A DNA stretch of 31,801 nucleotides from an uncultured Chloroflexota bacterium. GTDB taxonomy: Bacteria > Chloroflexota > Limnocylindria > Limnocylindrales > Limnocylindraceae. The notes beneath the pieces were generated by a model. It was given only the letters and a program-made list of their open reading frames with translations. It did no database searches and was not told the DNA's origin. Where the stretch lies: assembly GCA_903851225.1 (NCBI GenBank), contig CAINNT010000082.1:1-31801 (forward strand). Direction: 5' to 3'. Within the stretch, counting starts at the first letter, position 1, and each line of letters opens with the position of its first letter. Below, one piece after another: positions 7,867 to 16,215 of the stretch. A program made the translations under genes and the position numbers.

Positions 7867-9207
7867 CTACCTCCCCGCAATCAGCACGGCGAACGCCGTC
7901 GCGAAAATATTGAGCAGCGATGCTGGCAGGAGCCACTTCCAGGCGAAGCCCATCAGCTGGTCGATGCGTGCGCGTGGCAGCGTGCCGCGCATCCACACAA
8001 AGGTGAAGACGAGCGCGAACGTCTTGATGAGGAACCAGATGAGGCTCGCAACGGGTGGCAGCATCACAAAGGCCCAGATGCCAACAGCTGCGGTTGAGAC
8101 GCCGCCGAAGATGAGGAACCCAGCGACAAGTGCCTGCCACCCTTTGACACGACTGCTCGCAAACCAGATTGGGGCCGCAAAGAGCAACGTGCCAACAATT
8201 GGCGCTATGCCTGCGATGAGCGGCAACCCAATCCCAAGCGCGCTCAGGTCAATCAGGATTTGCGGATTGACATCAATGTGAATCGGCGGGTTTGATCCGC
8301 CGAGGAAGACGGCGCTGAAGAGTGCCGAGACGATGAAGACGTTCACGTACTCTGCAAAGAAGAAGAAGCCAAAGCGCATCCCTGAATACTCCGTCGCAAA
8401 GCCAGCGACGATCTCTTGGTCAGCTTCGGCATTGTCGAACGGGGTGCGGTTTGCTTCGGCGGTGATAGCGATGAAGAAGATGATCGCAGCGAGTGGCTGG
8501 CGGAAGATGAACCAGTCGAGGAACGAGCCGTCTTGTGCGGCGACGATCTTCGGCAGCGAGAGTGTGCCGGTGAGGATCACGATTCCCACAACGGAAAGTG
8601 TCAGTGGGATCTCGTAGCTGATCGCCTGTGCTGCGGCGCGAATGCCACCGAGGAGCGAGTACTTGTTGAACGATGACCAGCCGGCCATCATCAGGCCAAC
8701 GACGCTGAGCCCGCCGATTGCGAAGAAGTAGAGGAGGCCAAGCTCAAAGCCCATGCTCGTGAGCTCTGGTGCAAACGGAATGACGAGCAGCGTCATGAAG
8801 CTTGCGAGATAGACAACCACTGGCGCAAGTGTGAAGACTGGAACGTCGACGCTCGGTGGCGTGTAGTCCTCCTTCATCAGCACCTTGAGGCCGTGCACCA
8901 CGCTCATCACCGCGCCCGCTGGGCCGATGCGATCAGGTCCGATGCGCAGGTTCATGAGCGCAATGATCTTCATCTCCATGTAGATCAAGAGGAACGCGAC
9001 GGGTACCGAGATAAGGAAGGTGACGACCGAAGCGACGAGGAAGCGCACGATCGGCAGATTTGCGCCGATGGTCGCGGCGATGGCGCCACCAAATGTTGCA
9101 AGCAGAACGGTTGTTAGTGCGCCGCCGATGGCAAGGACTGGAAGTAGCACGGCGAGGATGCGACCGGCTGGCGTGAGGCGGTTCCAGGCCATCGATGCGC
9201 CGCTCAC
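7867..9207 (-). CDS. nuoH: NADH-quinone oxidoreductase subunit H (long form)
   Basis: 446 aa; LRIGPDRIGP, GLKVLMKE, GWSSFNKYSLLGGIRAAAQAISYE, EANRTPFD, TEYSG, RGTLPR.RIDQLM; GTG start overlaps the nuoD stop. Confidence 0.96.
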   Translation of the reverse strand: MSGASMAWNRLTPAGRILAVLLPVLAIGGALTTVLLATFGGAIAATIGANLPIVRFLVASVVTFLISVPVAFLLIYMEMKIIALMNLRIGPDRIGPAGAVMSVVHGLKVLMKEDYTPPSVDVPVFTLAPVVVYLASFMTLLVIPFAPELTSMGFELGLLYFFAIGGLSVVGLMMAGWSSFNKYSLLGGIRAAAQAISYEIPLTLSVVGIVILTGTLSLPKIVAAQDGSFLDWFIFRQPLAAIIFFIAITAEANRTPFDNAEADQEIVAGFATEYSGMRFGFFFFAEYVNVFIVSALFSAVFLGGSNPPIHIDVNPQILIDLSALGIGLPLIAGIAPIVGTLLFAAPIWFASSRVKGWQALVAGFLIFGGVSTAAVGIWAFVMLPPVASLIWFLIKTFALVFTFVWMRGTLPRARIDQLMGFAWKWLLPASLLNIFATAFAVLIAGR

Positions 9208-10415
9208 TTGTCGACTCCGCCCATGACTGGGTCGAGGCTGGCCATCACCGCCATGGTGTCGGCGATGAGGTTCCCCTTGGTAAGTGGTCCAACAAGTTGC
9301 AGGTGCACGAATGACGGATCGTGGATGCGCATGCGGAACGGCTGGTCGGTGCCGTCGCTGATAGCGTAGGTGCCGTACACGCCGCGTGGCCCTTCGACGG
9401 CGCCGAATGCGCGACCTGGTCGCGGACGCAGCAGTCGCGGCAGTTTCGCCATCACTGGGCCGTCGGGCATCTCATGAAGGACCTGATCGATGATGCGGAT
9501 CGACTGCTTGATCTCGTCCATGCGCACCAGATAGCGGGCCAGCGAGTCACCCTCGTCGCGGGTCGGCACATCGAACTCCAGCTCCGGGTAAACCAGATAC
9601 GGGCGGTCGCGGCGCAGGTCGAACGGCACGCCGCTCGCGCGGAGGTTTGGACCGGTGACGCCCATCTTGAGCGCCGTCTTTGCATCGAGAACGCCGAGGC
9701 CGCGGGTGCGGCGCACGAAGATCTCGTTCTCGTTGATCAGCGCCAGGTTGGAGTCGATCTGCGCGGCGGCGCGGCTCATCCACGTGCCGAGGCGGCTCAT
9801 GAACTCGTGGTTCAAGTCGCCGTTCACCCCGCCGATTCGGTAGTAGTTGTAGAGGAGCTTCTGGCCGGTAAGAGCGGCAAGCATGTCGACGATCTCGTCG
9901 CGCTCGATGAACGCCCAGAGGATCGGGGTGATGCCGCCAAGGTCAAGGGCCATCCAGCCTTGGAACAGGGTGTGACTTGCGATGCGGTTGAGCTCCATCG
10001 TCAACACGCGGATGTATTGAGCGCGGCGCGGCACGTCGACATCCATCAGCTTTTCGAATGCTGCGACGGGTGCCGCCTCGCAGAAGAGCGAGCTCACATA
10101 TTCGAGCGGATCGGTGTAGCAGATCGCCTGGTGGTAATCGGCGTTCTCGCAGAGCTTCTCGACTCCACGATGCAGATAGCCGAGCACCGGATCAAGGTCG
10201 ACGACCTTCTCGCCGTTCACCTTGATGATCACGCGGAGTACGCCGTGGGTCGAAGGATGCTGTGGTCCCATGTTCACGAACATCTCGCCTTCGCGCAACG
10301 TGAGGAACTCTGCCTGGCGCTCCGTCTGTGGAGATGGTGCCGGCTCGTACCACGTTGAGTCGGCGGGGATTGCAACGCGTGGATCGTCGAGCGATGGACG
10401 CATCTGCTGTGTCAT
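9204..10415 (-). CDS. nuoD: NADH-quinone oxidoreductase subunit D
   Basis: 403 aa; NMGPQHPSTHGVLR, GYLHRGVEK, ELNRIASH, GPNLRASG, VEGPRG, DPVMGGVDK; no NiFe-ligating CxxC pairs. Confidence 0.97.
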   Translation of the reverse strand: MTQQMRPSLDDPRVAIPADSTWYEPAPSPQTERQAEFLTLREGEMFVNMGPQHPSTHGVLRVIIKVNGEKVVDLDPVLGYLHRGVEKLCENADYHQAICYTDPLEYVSSLFCEAAPVAAFEKLMDVDVPRRAQYIRVLTMELNRIASHTLFQGWMALDLGGITPILWAFIERDEIVDMLAALTGQKLLYNYYRIGGVNGDLNHEFMSRLGTWMSRAAAQIDSNLALINENEIFVRRTRGLGVLDAKTALKMGVTGPNLRASGVPFDLRRDRPYLVYPELEFDVPTRDEGDSLARYLVRMDEIKQSIRIIDQVLHEMPDGPVMAKLPRLLRPRPGRAFGAVEGPRGVYGTYAISDGTDQPFRMRIHDPSFVHLQLVGPLTKGNLIADTMAVMASLDPVMGGVDK

Positions 10416-10417
10416 CG

Positions 10418-10969
10418 CTATACCCCAGGGCTCTTGCGGAGCACGGTTGCTGCTGTCGCATCAGCCGGCGTTCCAACTCGCTCCATGTTGCGCACGCCAG
10501 CGGCGGGTGATCGAGATGCGTCGTCAGCGAGGTAGAAATCTTTGCGAAGCGGATGGCTTCGGTAATCATCGGGCATATAGATGCGTCGCAGATCACGATT
10601 CCCTTCGAAGATGATGCCAAACATGTCGTACGCTTCGCGCTCCATCCATTCGGCACCTGGCCACATGAATGTGGCCGATGCGATGCGCGGTGCACTGCGA
10701 TCCAGGCCCGAAACGATGACGCGAAGCCAGTCGCCGCTCTTCGACGAAGAGAGGTGGTACACGACCTGCATCTCTTCGCCGGTGTCGACGCCGCAGAGAT
10801 CGATCAGCATTTCAAATCGAAGGGCTGGATGATCGTGAAGGGTTCGCAAGGTATCGGTTGCATCCTTGAGCGCAATGCGAATCTCGCTCTCGTCATAACG
10901 CTGACGCACTGGCGCGAGCAGTCGCTCACCAAACGTCTCTTGTAGGAGTGCAGCGAGACGGCGATCCAC
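10418..10969 (-). CDS. nuoC: NADH-quinone oxidoreductase subunit C
   Basis: 183 aa; LIDLCGVD, VVYHL, AEWMEREAYDMFGIIFEG, HPLRKDF. Confidence 0.95.
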   Translation of the reverse strand: MDRRLAALLQETFGERLLAPVRQRYDESEIRIALKDATDTLRTLHDHPALRFEMLIDLCGVDTGEEMQVVYHLSSSKSGDWLRVIVSGLDRSAPRIASATFMWPGAEWMEREAYDMFGIIFEGNRDLRRIYMPDDYRSHPLRKDFYLADDASRSPAAGVRNMERVGTPADATAATVLRKSPGV

Positions 10970-11677
10970 TTAGATCCCCTTCGGAACGGTTGGACCGATC
11001 GCGCGCTCTGGCCAGTGGCCGCGGCGATCTTTGACCAGCTGCTGCAACTTCATCATTCCGTAGATCAGTCCCTCTGGTCGTGGTGGGCAGCCAGGGATGT
11101 ACACATCGACTGGCATGACACGATCGATTCCTTGCACCACGGAGTAGCTGCGCTTGTAGCGTCCACCAGAGCAGGTGCAGTCGCCCATAGCGACAACCCA
11201 CTTTGGCTCGGGCATCTGCTCCCACAAACGAATCAGCGGTTCGGCCATCTTTGTTGTGAGGGTTCCGGCAACGATCAACACATCTGCCTGACGTGGGCTT
11301 GCGCGGAAGGGGAACATGCCCCATCGATCAATGTCGTTCTTTGGTGTTGCAGTGGACATCATCTCGATCGCGCAGCAGGCCAGGCCAGAGAGCAGCGGCC
11401 ACAGGCTATTTGCCCGAATCAAATCGAGCACGACATCGGCCTTTGTTGGGATTGCAGAGAGCGCGCCGCTCCAACGCGCATCATCAACACGGCCGTCACC
11501 GGTTGCGTCGTATCGCGCAAGCTCTAGGTTTGGGTGTGCCTCGAGTGGCAGCCCACCGTAGGCACGCGGGTCATCGGTGCTCCACAGGGTGTTGCCCACG
11601 ATCGTTGGTGACTGGACGCTGCCGTCTGGCTGCACCTCAGGCAGGTTGCTGAACTTTGGGTCGCGCGTTATCGCCAT
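10970..11677 (-). CDS. nuoB: NADH-quinone oxidoreductase subunit B with N-terminal extension
   Basis: 235 aa; [49 protein letters not shown] (N2 ligands present). Confidence 0.96.
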   Translation of the reverse strand: MAITRDPKFSNLPEVQPDGSVQSPTIVGNTLWSTDDPRAYGGLPLEAHPNLELARYDATGDGRVDDARWSGALSAIPTKADVVLDLIRANSLWPLLSGLACCAIEMMSTATPKNDIDRWGMFPFRASPRQADVLIVAGTLTTKMAEPLIRLWEQMPEPKWVVAMGDCTCSGGRYKRSYSVVQGIDRVMPVDVYIPGCPPRPEGLIYGMMKLQQLVKDRRGHWPERAIGPTVPKGI

Positions 11678-12024
11678 GCCAAGACCCCCTTGCGCCAGGC
11701 GTAGGCGAGGCCAACGAGCAACACGCCGATGAAGATCGCCATGGAGATCAGGCCGTCCATCAAGAGGACCTTGAAGTTCAGTGCCCAGATATAGATGAAG
11801 ACAATCTCAACGTCAAAGGCGACAAAGAGGAGTGCGTACAGGTAGAAGGAGAGCCCGAATCGTCCGTGGGTGTCTCCATAGGTGTTGATGCCCGACTCGT
11901 ACGGGACCTGCTTGCCCCGACTGCCGCGGGTGCGGTGGGAGATCAGCCATGCGATGCCGATGGTGAGGAAGACGAAGGAGATACCTGCTCCTGCGAAGCC
12001 GAGGACGTACCAGAGTCCTGTCAT
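11668..12024 (-). CDS. nuoA: NADH-quinone oxidoreductase subunit A
   Basis: 118 aa; [32 protein letters not shown]; SD GGGGAG upstream. Confidence 0.96.
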   Translation of the reverse strand: MTGLWYVLGFAGAGISFVFLTIGIAWLISHRTRGSRGKQVPYESGINTYGDTHGRFGLSFYLYALLFVAFDVEIVFIYIWALNFKVLLMDGLISMAIFIGVLLVGLAYAWRKGVLAWR

Positions 12025-12093
12025 GAAACTCCCCCGTTCGATCCATCAACCCGGCGCATACCCCGTGGTGGGGACTCGAGTGATTACGCTCAG

Positions 12094-12099
12094 ATTCTA
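12094..12099 (-). promoter_or_regulatory. Candidate -10 element (TAGAAT) for the nuo operon
   Basis: TAGAAT on the minus strand overlapping the methyltransferase stop codon, about 70 nt upstream of nuoA; no convincing -35 seen. Confidence 0.3.
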
Positions 12100-13278
12100 G
12101 ACGAGGGGGCGATTCGGAGCCGCCGCTCCGGGGAGTGACGATACGGAGTCGGCGAGTGCATTTGCCCCTGGGGAGCGACCTGCGACAAACAACTCAACCG
12201 CAAATCCGCCCATGCGCCGCGGGTCCATCAGTTGGGCGAGCGCCGAGCGCAGGGCGATTGCCCCTTCAAGAGTTGCTTCGGCGCCAGCCCGCGATCGGGC
12301 GACTTCGCTGTCGACCCCCGCGCTGGCGAGGAATCTCGCCTGGGTGGTGCTCGCCACATGACGAAGACCACCCGTTTGCGCGGCCTTCCGCAGCAGGGTG
12401 AGGTCCACATGTGCGGTCAGGTCGCGACTCCCAGGCTCGCTGAGCAGGTCGGCGGTAGCCCGATGCCCCTGATAGGCAAGGGCTGTGCCGGCCATTCGGC
12501 TGGATGGGTCCCGTAGGTCAACCCCCTCCCGACCGTAATCCAGCACGAGGACGACCCCCTCGGTGAGCTCGGCCCCCAGCGTGGCGGCCCATTCCGCGGT
12601 CGCAGGGGAGATCTCGGCAAGTTGCCCTTCCGCGAGCGGCGGCCAGTCCGCCATGAGGGGGGTGAGTCGGTCGACGATCCCGGGATCGGGTGGGCCTTCA
12701 ACCCAAGTAAGAGCATTTGTTACAGGATCTACGGTGACGCGGCGCTCCGCGAAGCCACCCGGGGCAGCGGACCGACCGACCACGATATGGAAGGGGAGAG
12801 CGTCGGCGAACTCGTTGGCGACCACGATCCCTGCTGCTGGAGGGCTCCCCGCTGCGACGAGGGGTGGTCCGCCGGCTGGGAACCGTTTCAGCGCAGCCGA
12901 CAGCTCGGCGAGACGGTGGGGGTTTGCCTCGGTCACAGCGACCTCGAGCGCGCTTCGTAAAGGGTGGTCGGATCTGATGAGGTAGTCGAGTGCCGCCAGT
13001 AGGAGAGTCCCCTCGCCCGCACCGAATTCGCGCCAGCGGAAGGGTGCGGGGCGACCGAGCCGCTCCCACGTTGCGGCAGCGAGCCGCGCGATCGCAGCGC
13101 CAAGGATGGGGTGCAGTTCTGGCGCGGTCATGAAGTCACCACTACGGCCCGCCCGACGCTGGGTTGTGGCGTAGTAGCCGAGCCCGGGCTCGAGAGTGGC
13201 GCGCTCCATAAACCGCGCGAAGCTCACCGAGCCCTGGCGTTGGATCTCTTCGCGAATCCGGCGCTCCACCTCTTCCAT
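12097..13278 (-). CDS. SAM-dependent methyltransferase, MidA/NDUFAF7 (DUF185) family
   Basis: Start reassigned to ATG 13278 (393 aa); SFARFME..GYY, GDFMTAPE, EFGAGEG (SAM motif I), ANEFADALP, DYG, DLTAHVD. Confidence 0.88.
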   Translation of the reverse strand: MEEVERRIREEIQRQGSVSFARFMERATLEPGLGYYATTQRRAGRSGDFMTAPELHPILGAAIARLAAATWERLGRPAPFRWREFGAGEGTLLLAALDYLIRSDHPLRSALEVAVTEANPHRLAELSAALKRFPAGGPPLVAAGSPPAAGIVVANEFADALPFHIVVGRSAAPGGFAERRVTVDPVTNALTWVEGPPDPGIVDRLTPLMADWPPLAEGQLAEISPATAEWAATLGAELTEGVVLVLDYGREGVDLRDPSSRMAGTALAYQGHRATADLLSEPGSRDLTAHVDLTLLRKAAQTGGLRHVASTTQARFLASAGVDSEVARSRAGAEATLEGAIALRSALAQLMDPRRMGGFAVELFVAGRSPGANALADSVSSLPGAAAPNRPLV

Positions 13279-13285
13279 GCAGTAG

Positions 13286-13305
13286 ATCCTACGCGGCGCT
13301 ACCGT
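13286..13305. promoter_or_regulatory. Back-to-back -10 hexamers for probable leaderless methyltransferase and folK transcripts
   Basis: TAGGAT (13291-13286, minus) 7 nt before ATG 13278; TACCGT (13300-13305, plus) 7 nt before ATG 13313; neither gene has an SD. Confidence 0.5.
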
Positions 13306-13312
13306 CGGGCAC

Positions 13313-13903
13313 ATGCGTGAACTCGTTGTGCACCTCGGGATTGGGGCCAATCTCGACGATCCTGTCGCCACACTCGCCGAGGCGGTCGTCGCCCTGGCCC
13401 GCATTCCAGGGTGGAACCTTGAACAGGTCTCGCCGCTGTATCGCACGACACCGGTCGGTCTCGTCGACCAACCAGAGTTCTGCAACGCAGCGCTGCGAAT
13501 GCGCGCCGCACTTCCAGATAAGCCAGCTGCAGCAGCGATCGAGGTGCTCATTCGCGTGAAAGAACTAGAGCGACTCTTTGGTCGCGTGCCAACGGTGCGA
13601 TTTGGCCCGCGCCGACTTGACATTGACATCATTGCGATGGGGGATATCGCCGTCGTACATCCGCGACCGCTCGGCACAGAACCCGACGGGATCGATGCAG
13701 ATCGACCGCTCGTCGTTCCGCATCCATCTGCAACCGAGCGACTCTTTGTGTTGGCACCTCTTGCCGACATCTCTCCAACACTCAAGGCGCCGGGGTGGCC
13801 AGGGACTGCCCGTGAGCTACGCGATATACGGCGACGAATCGAGGGTGATGCGGCTGCGCGCTGCGTCGGCGCATGGGATTCGACGGCCCTGCGCTGGGTC
13901 TAA
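13313..13903 (+). CDS. folK: 2-amino-4-hydroxy-6-hydroxymethyldihydropteridine diphosphokinase
   Basis: HLGIGANL, SPLYRTTPVG..DQPEFCNA, RFGPRRLDIDII, PHP..ERLFVLAPLADI. Confidence 0.94.
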   Translation: MRELVVHLGIGANLDDPVATLAEAVVALARIPGWNLEQVSPLYRTTPVGLVDQPEFCNAALRMRAALPDKPAAAAIEVLIRVKELERLFGRVPTVRFGPRRLDIDIIAMGDIAVVHPRPLGTEPDGIDADRPLVVPHPSATERLFVLAPLADISPTLKAPGWPGTARELRDIRRRIEGDAAARCVGAWDSTALRWV

Positions 13904-13919
13904 CGCGTCGCCCTGCACG

Positions 13920-15302
13920 TTACCGTCGGTAGTGCCGTCGCCCGGTAAAGACCATGGCAATTCCGTGGCGGTTGGCAATTTCGATTGCTGCGACGTCACG
14001 TCGTGAGCCACCTGGCTGAACTATCGCGGTGATTCCGGCCGCTGCTGCCGCTGCGATCCCTTCGGCGAATGGGAAGTACGCATCACTTGCCATGACCGCA
14101 CCGCGTGCGCGCTCACCCGCCTGATTCAACGCTATTTCAACTGCAACACGTCTGTTGACCTGTGCCGCGCCGATGCCGAGCGTTGCGGCATTGCGCGCAA
14201 CAACGATGGCGTTTGAGCGAATGTGACGAACGACTCTCCACGAGAAGAGTAAGTCCGTCAGTTCGTCAAGTGTTGGGCGTCGATCAGTGACGACACGAAG
14301 TTGTGATCGCTCGATGTTCCCGGTATCTGCTGTTTGCAGGAGAACTGCCCCGTTGACGCCGAACATGTCCAATCCGTTGCCCTGATGGGTGGGGTGAATC
14401 ACCACGCTTAGCTCCGGTCGCGCGCGCAACACCTCTGCAGCTCCGTCGTCGGCGAGTGCCGGGGCAAGCACCGACTCAAATGTTCCTGCCGCAATCACGG
14501 CAGCAACAGCGCGGTCGATCGGTACGTTCAACACGATGGTTGAACCAGAGCTTGCCGCTGCATCTGTCTCAATCGCACGAGTGAGGGCGCCGAGTGCCGT
14601 CTCTGCGGTTGCTACGCCGATTGGGTCCGTATGGCGAATGAGTGCAACGCTCGGCGTTGGCAGGTCGGCGACGAGGCGCGCGCCTGCGTCAAGGTCGAGG
14701 AGGTCGTTGAGGCTAGGCTCCTGCCCCTGCAGCACGCGAGCCGCCATGACGCCGCCCTCGGTGCTGTGTACCCGACGGTACGCCGCTGCGGCTTGGTGTT
14801 GATTCTCGCCGTGCCCAAACGTTCGTATCCTCTCGAGGACAATGACTTCGCGCGCTGGCATTTCGCTCTCGTTGTCGCGCACATGCGGTGCAACGTAGGC
14901 CGCGATCGCGAGCGCGGCCGAGCGGCGCAGTTCGTTTCGTACTGCGCCAAGGCCTCTCGGAGATGTCAGATCGCTTAGAACGTCGCCGATTGCAGCTGGA
15001 TCCACAACGATGAGTGGTCCGCTCTCCTCCGCAAGAAGCGCCCGGGTGACGGCGACGATTGCGATCGGTGGCGCACCTGCGCCTCCGGGGGCAATGAGGA
15101 GGTCGGAGCTGGTGAGACTTGCCGCCGCTCGATCCAGTTCTGCCGCATCAGCATGCTCGGTGACATGGATCGATTCCGCCCGCAGCTGTGAGGCGACTGG
15201 ACCCGCTTCTACCGTGGCACCGCGGGCGATCAGGGTGGCAAGGATGGGTGCCAGCCCTGCGAGGGTGGGGCTCTCGGGCGAGATCAGCAGTAGGACGCGC
15301 AT
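13920..15302 (-). CDS. Divergent PurH-like protein (AICAR transformylase fold; degenerate IMP cyclohydrolase domain)
   Basis: Start reassigned to ATG 15302 (460 aa); GENQHQ, RSNAIV, GIGAAQ, ASDAYFPF, QPGGSRRD, MVFTGRRHYRR match the PurH C-domain; N-domain motifs are unrecognisable. Confidence 0.82.
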   Translation of the reverse strand: MRVLLLISPESPTLAGLAPILATLIARGATVEAGPVASQLRAESIHVTEHADAAELDRAAASLTSSDLLIAPGGAGAPPIAIVAVTRALLAEESGPLIVVDPAAIGDVLSDLTSPRGLGAVRNELRRSAALAIAAYVAPHVRDNESEMPAREVIVLERIRTFGHGENQHQAAAAYRRVHSTEGGVMAARVLQGQEPSLNDLLDLDAGARLVADLPTPSVALIRHTDPIGVATAETALGALTRAIETDAAASSGSTIVLNVPIDRAVAAVIAAGTFESVLAPALADDGAAEVLRARPELSVVIHPTHQGNGLDMFGVNGAVLLQTADTGNIERSQLRVVTDRRPTLDELTDLLFSWRVVRHIRSNAIVVARNAATLGIGAAQVNRRVAVEIALNQAGERARGAVMASDAYFPFAEGIAAAAAAGITAIVQPGGSRRDVAAIEIANRHGIAMVFTGRRHYRR

Positions 15303-15384
15303 GCTGCTGATGGTGGCATACTCGCTCACACAAACCCGCACGCTGGTGTGCAGGGTGAACCGAAATCTAGCGAGTGAGGACAAG

Positions 15385-15798
15385 ATGTTTCGTTGGCCCT
15401 GGGAATACCTCTTCACCGTCTTGAATGCTGATCTTGGAACGTTTTACACGCCGTTCTGGATCGCCAATCTGGTGCTCTTCCTCGCAACCATCGTTGTCTA
15501 TGCCTACGCGACCCGCGGCAGCCGCGGGCGCGGGGTGATTGGCGACGAGTGGGAGTACATCCTCTGGATCAGCCTGGGCACCTTTGGCATGAACTTGGTC
15601 TACGCCGCGTTCCAGTGGTACGGCCTCTTCCCGATCGCCACCACGCTTGTTGGGCTGCTCGCCCTGCGCGACACCGTTACCAAGCGTTTCCCGCCACTCC
15701 TTGCAGCTGAGGCGGAACACGCTGCGCTGTTGCGCACTCGGCGCCAGGTGGCCGACGGCGTTGAAGCAACCATTCGACCAGCAAATCGCCGCGGGTAG
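15385..15798 (+). CDS. Small hypothetical membrane protein (3-4 TM)
   Basis: ATG 15385 with GAGGA SD; 137 aa, hydrophobic and aromatic-rich stretches, basic C-tail. Confidence 0.7.
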   Translation: MFRWPWEYLFTVLNADLGTFYTPFWIANLVLFLATIVVYAYATRGSRGRGVIGDEWEYILWISLGTFGMNLVYAAFQWYGLFPIATTLVGLLALRDTVTKRFPPLLAAEAEHAALLRTRRQVADGVEATIRPANRRG

Positions 15799-15834
15799 TT
15801 CGTTGAGGTGCGCGTCTGCGCACCGCGATGACGC

Positions 15835-16215
15835 ATGAATATTCGCCAGTTCGGTCCCGGCCATAGACGAACTGACCGCGCCGCGGGCTCCAGCGGGGTC
15901 CTGAGTAGCTCCATCTTCTCCAATGACATCGCACAGATCACGGAATTCACGGTGACACCGGGTGGCACCTACGGTCCTCTTCGCAGCGCTGGAGACGTTG
16001 TGCTGGTGGTAATCGAAGGCGGTGGCTGGGTAGCGACTCACGACGCACACATGCAACTCGCTGCTGGTGAATCGCTCCACCTTGTGCGACTAACGCCATA
16101 TACGGTTACTGCGCGCGAGTTGCCGCTACGCGCGATCCTTGTCGAACTCTCTGCGGGCGGCGGCGCTGAATCGGCTCGCACCATAAGCGCCAGCGGTGGC
16201 GGCGCAGAGGAGTAG
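15835..16215 (+). CDS. Cupin-fold protein
   Basis: 126 aa; FTVTPGG..VVLVVIEGGGWV...LAAGESLHL cupin-like beta pattern; no clear metal-binding His motifs. Confidence 0.6.
   Translation: MNIRQFGPGHRRTDRAAGSSGVLSSSIFSNDIAQITEFTVTPGGTYGPLRSAGDVVLVVIEGGGWVATHDAHMQLAAGESLHLVRLTPYTVTARELPLRAILVELSAGGGAESARTISASGGGAEE

Noticed and set aside
7865-8140. 92-aa N-terminal extension of the NuoI-E ORF in the track
   Set aside because: Overlaps nuoH in another frame; ATG 7864 has a good SD and matches the NuoI start.
7157-8281. 374-aa plus-strand ORF (also 9321-10358)
   Set aside because: Antisense shadows of nuo genes.
10107-10109. Idea that the NDUFAF7 target Arg is lost (DRLDY to DPLEY)
   Set aside because: The methylated Arg of the 49-kDa subunit is in LHRG, which is conserved here (R83); the Pro replaces a different, N2-adjacent Arg.
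9204-11677. Interpretation as a group 4 NiFe hydrogenase or formate hydrogenlyase
   Set aside because: NuoD lacks Ni-binding CxxC pairs and keeps quinone-site His/Tyr/Asp; the 848-aa protein has no H-cluster or molybdopterin domain.
12115-12130. Hairpin CGGAGC-CGCC-GCTCCG
   Set aside because: Inside the methyltransferase CDS with no U-tract; not a credible terminator.
13279-13785. N-terminal extension of the methyltransferase ORF
   Set aside because: Overlaps folK antisense; homology begins at M170 (13278).
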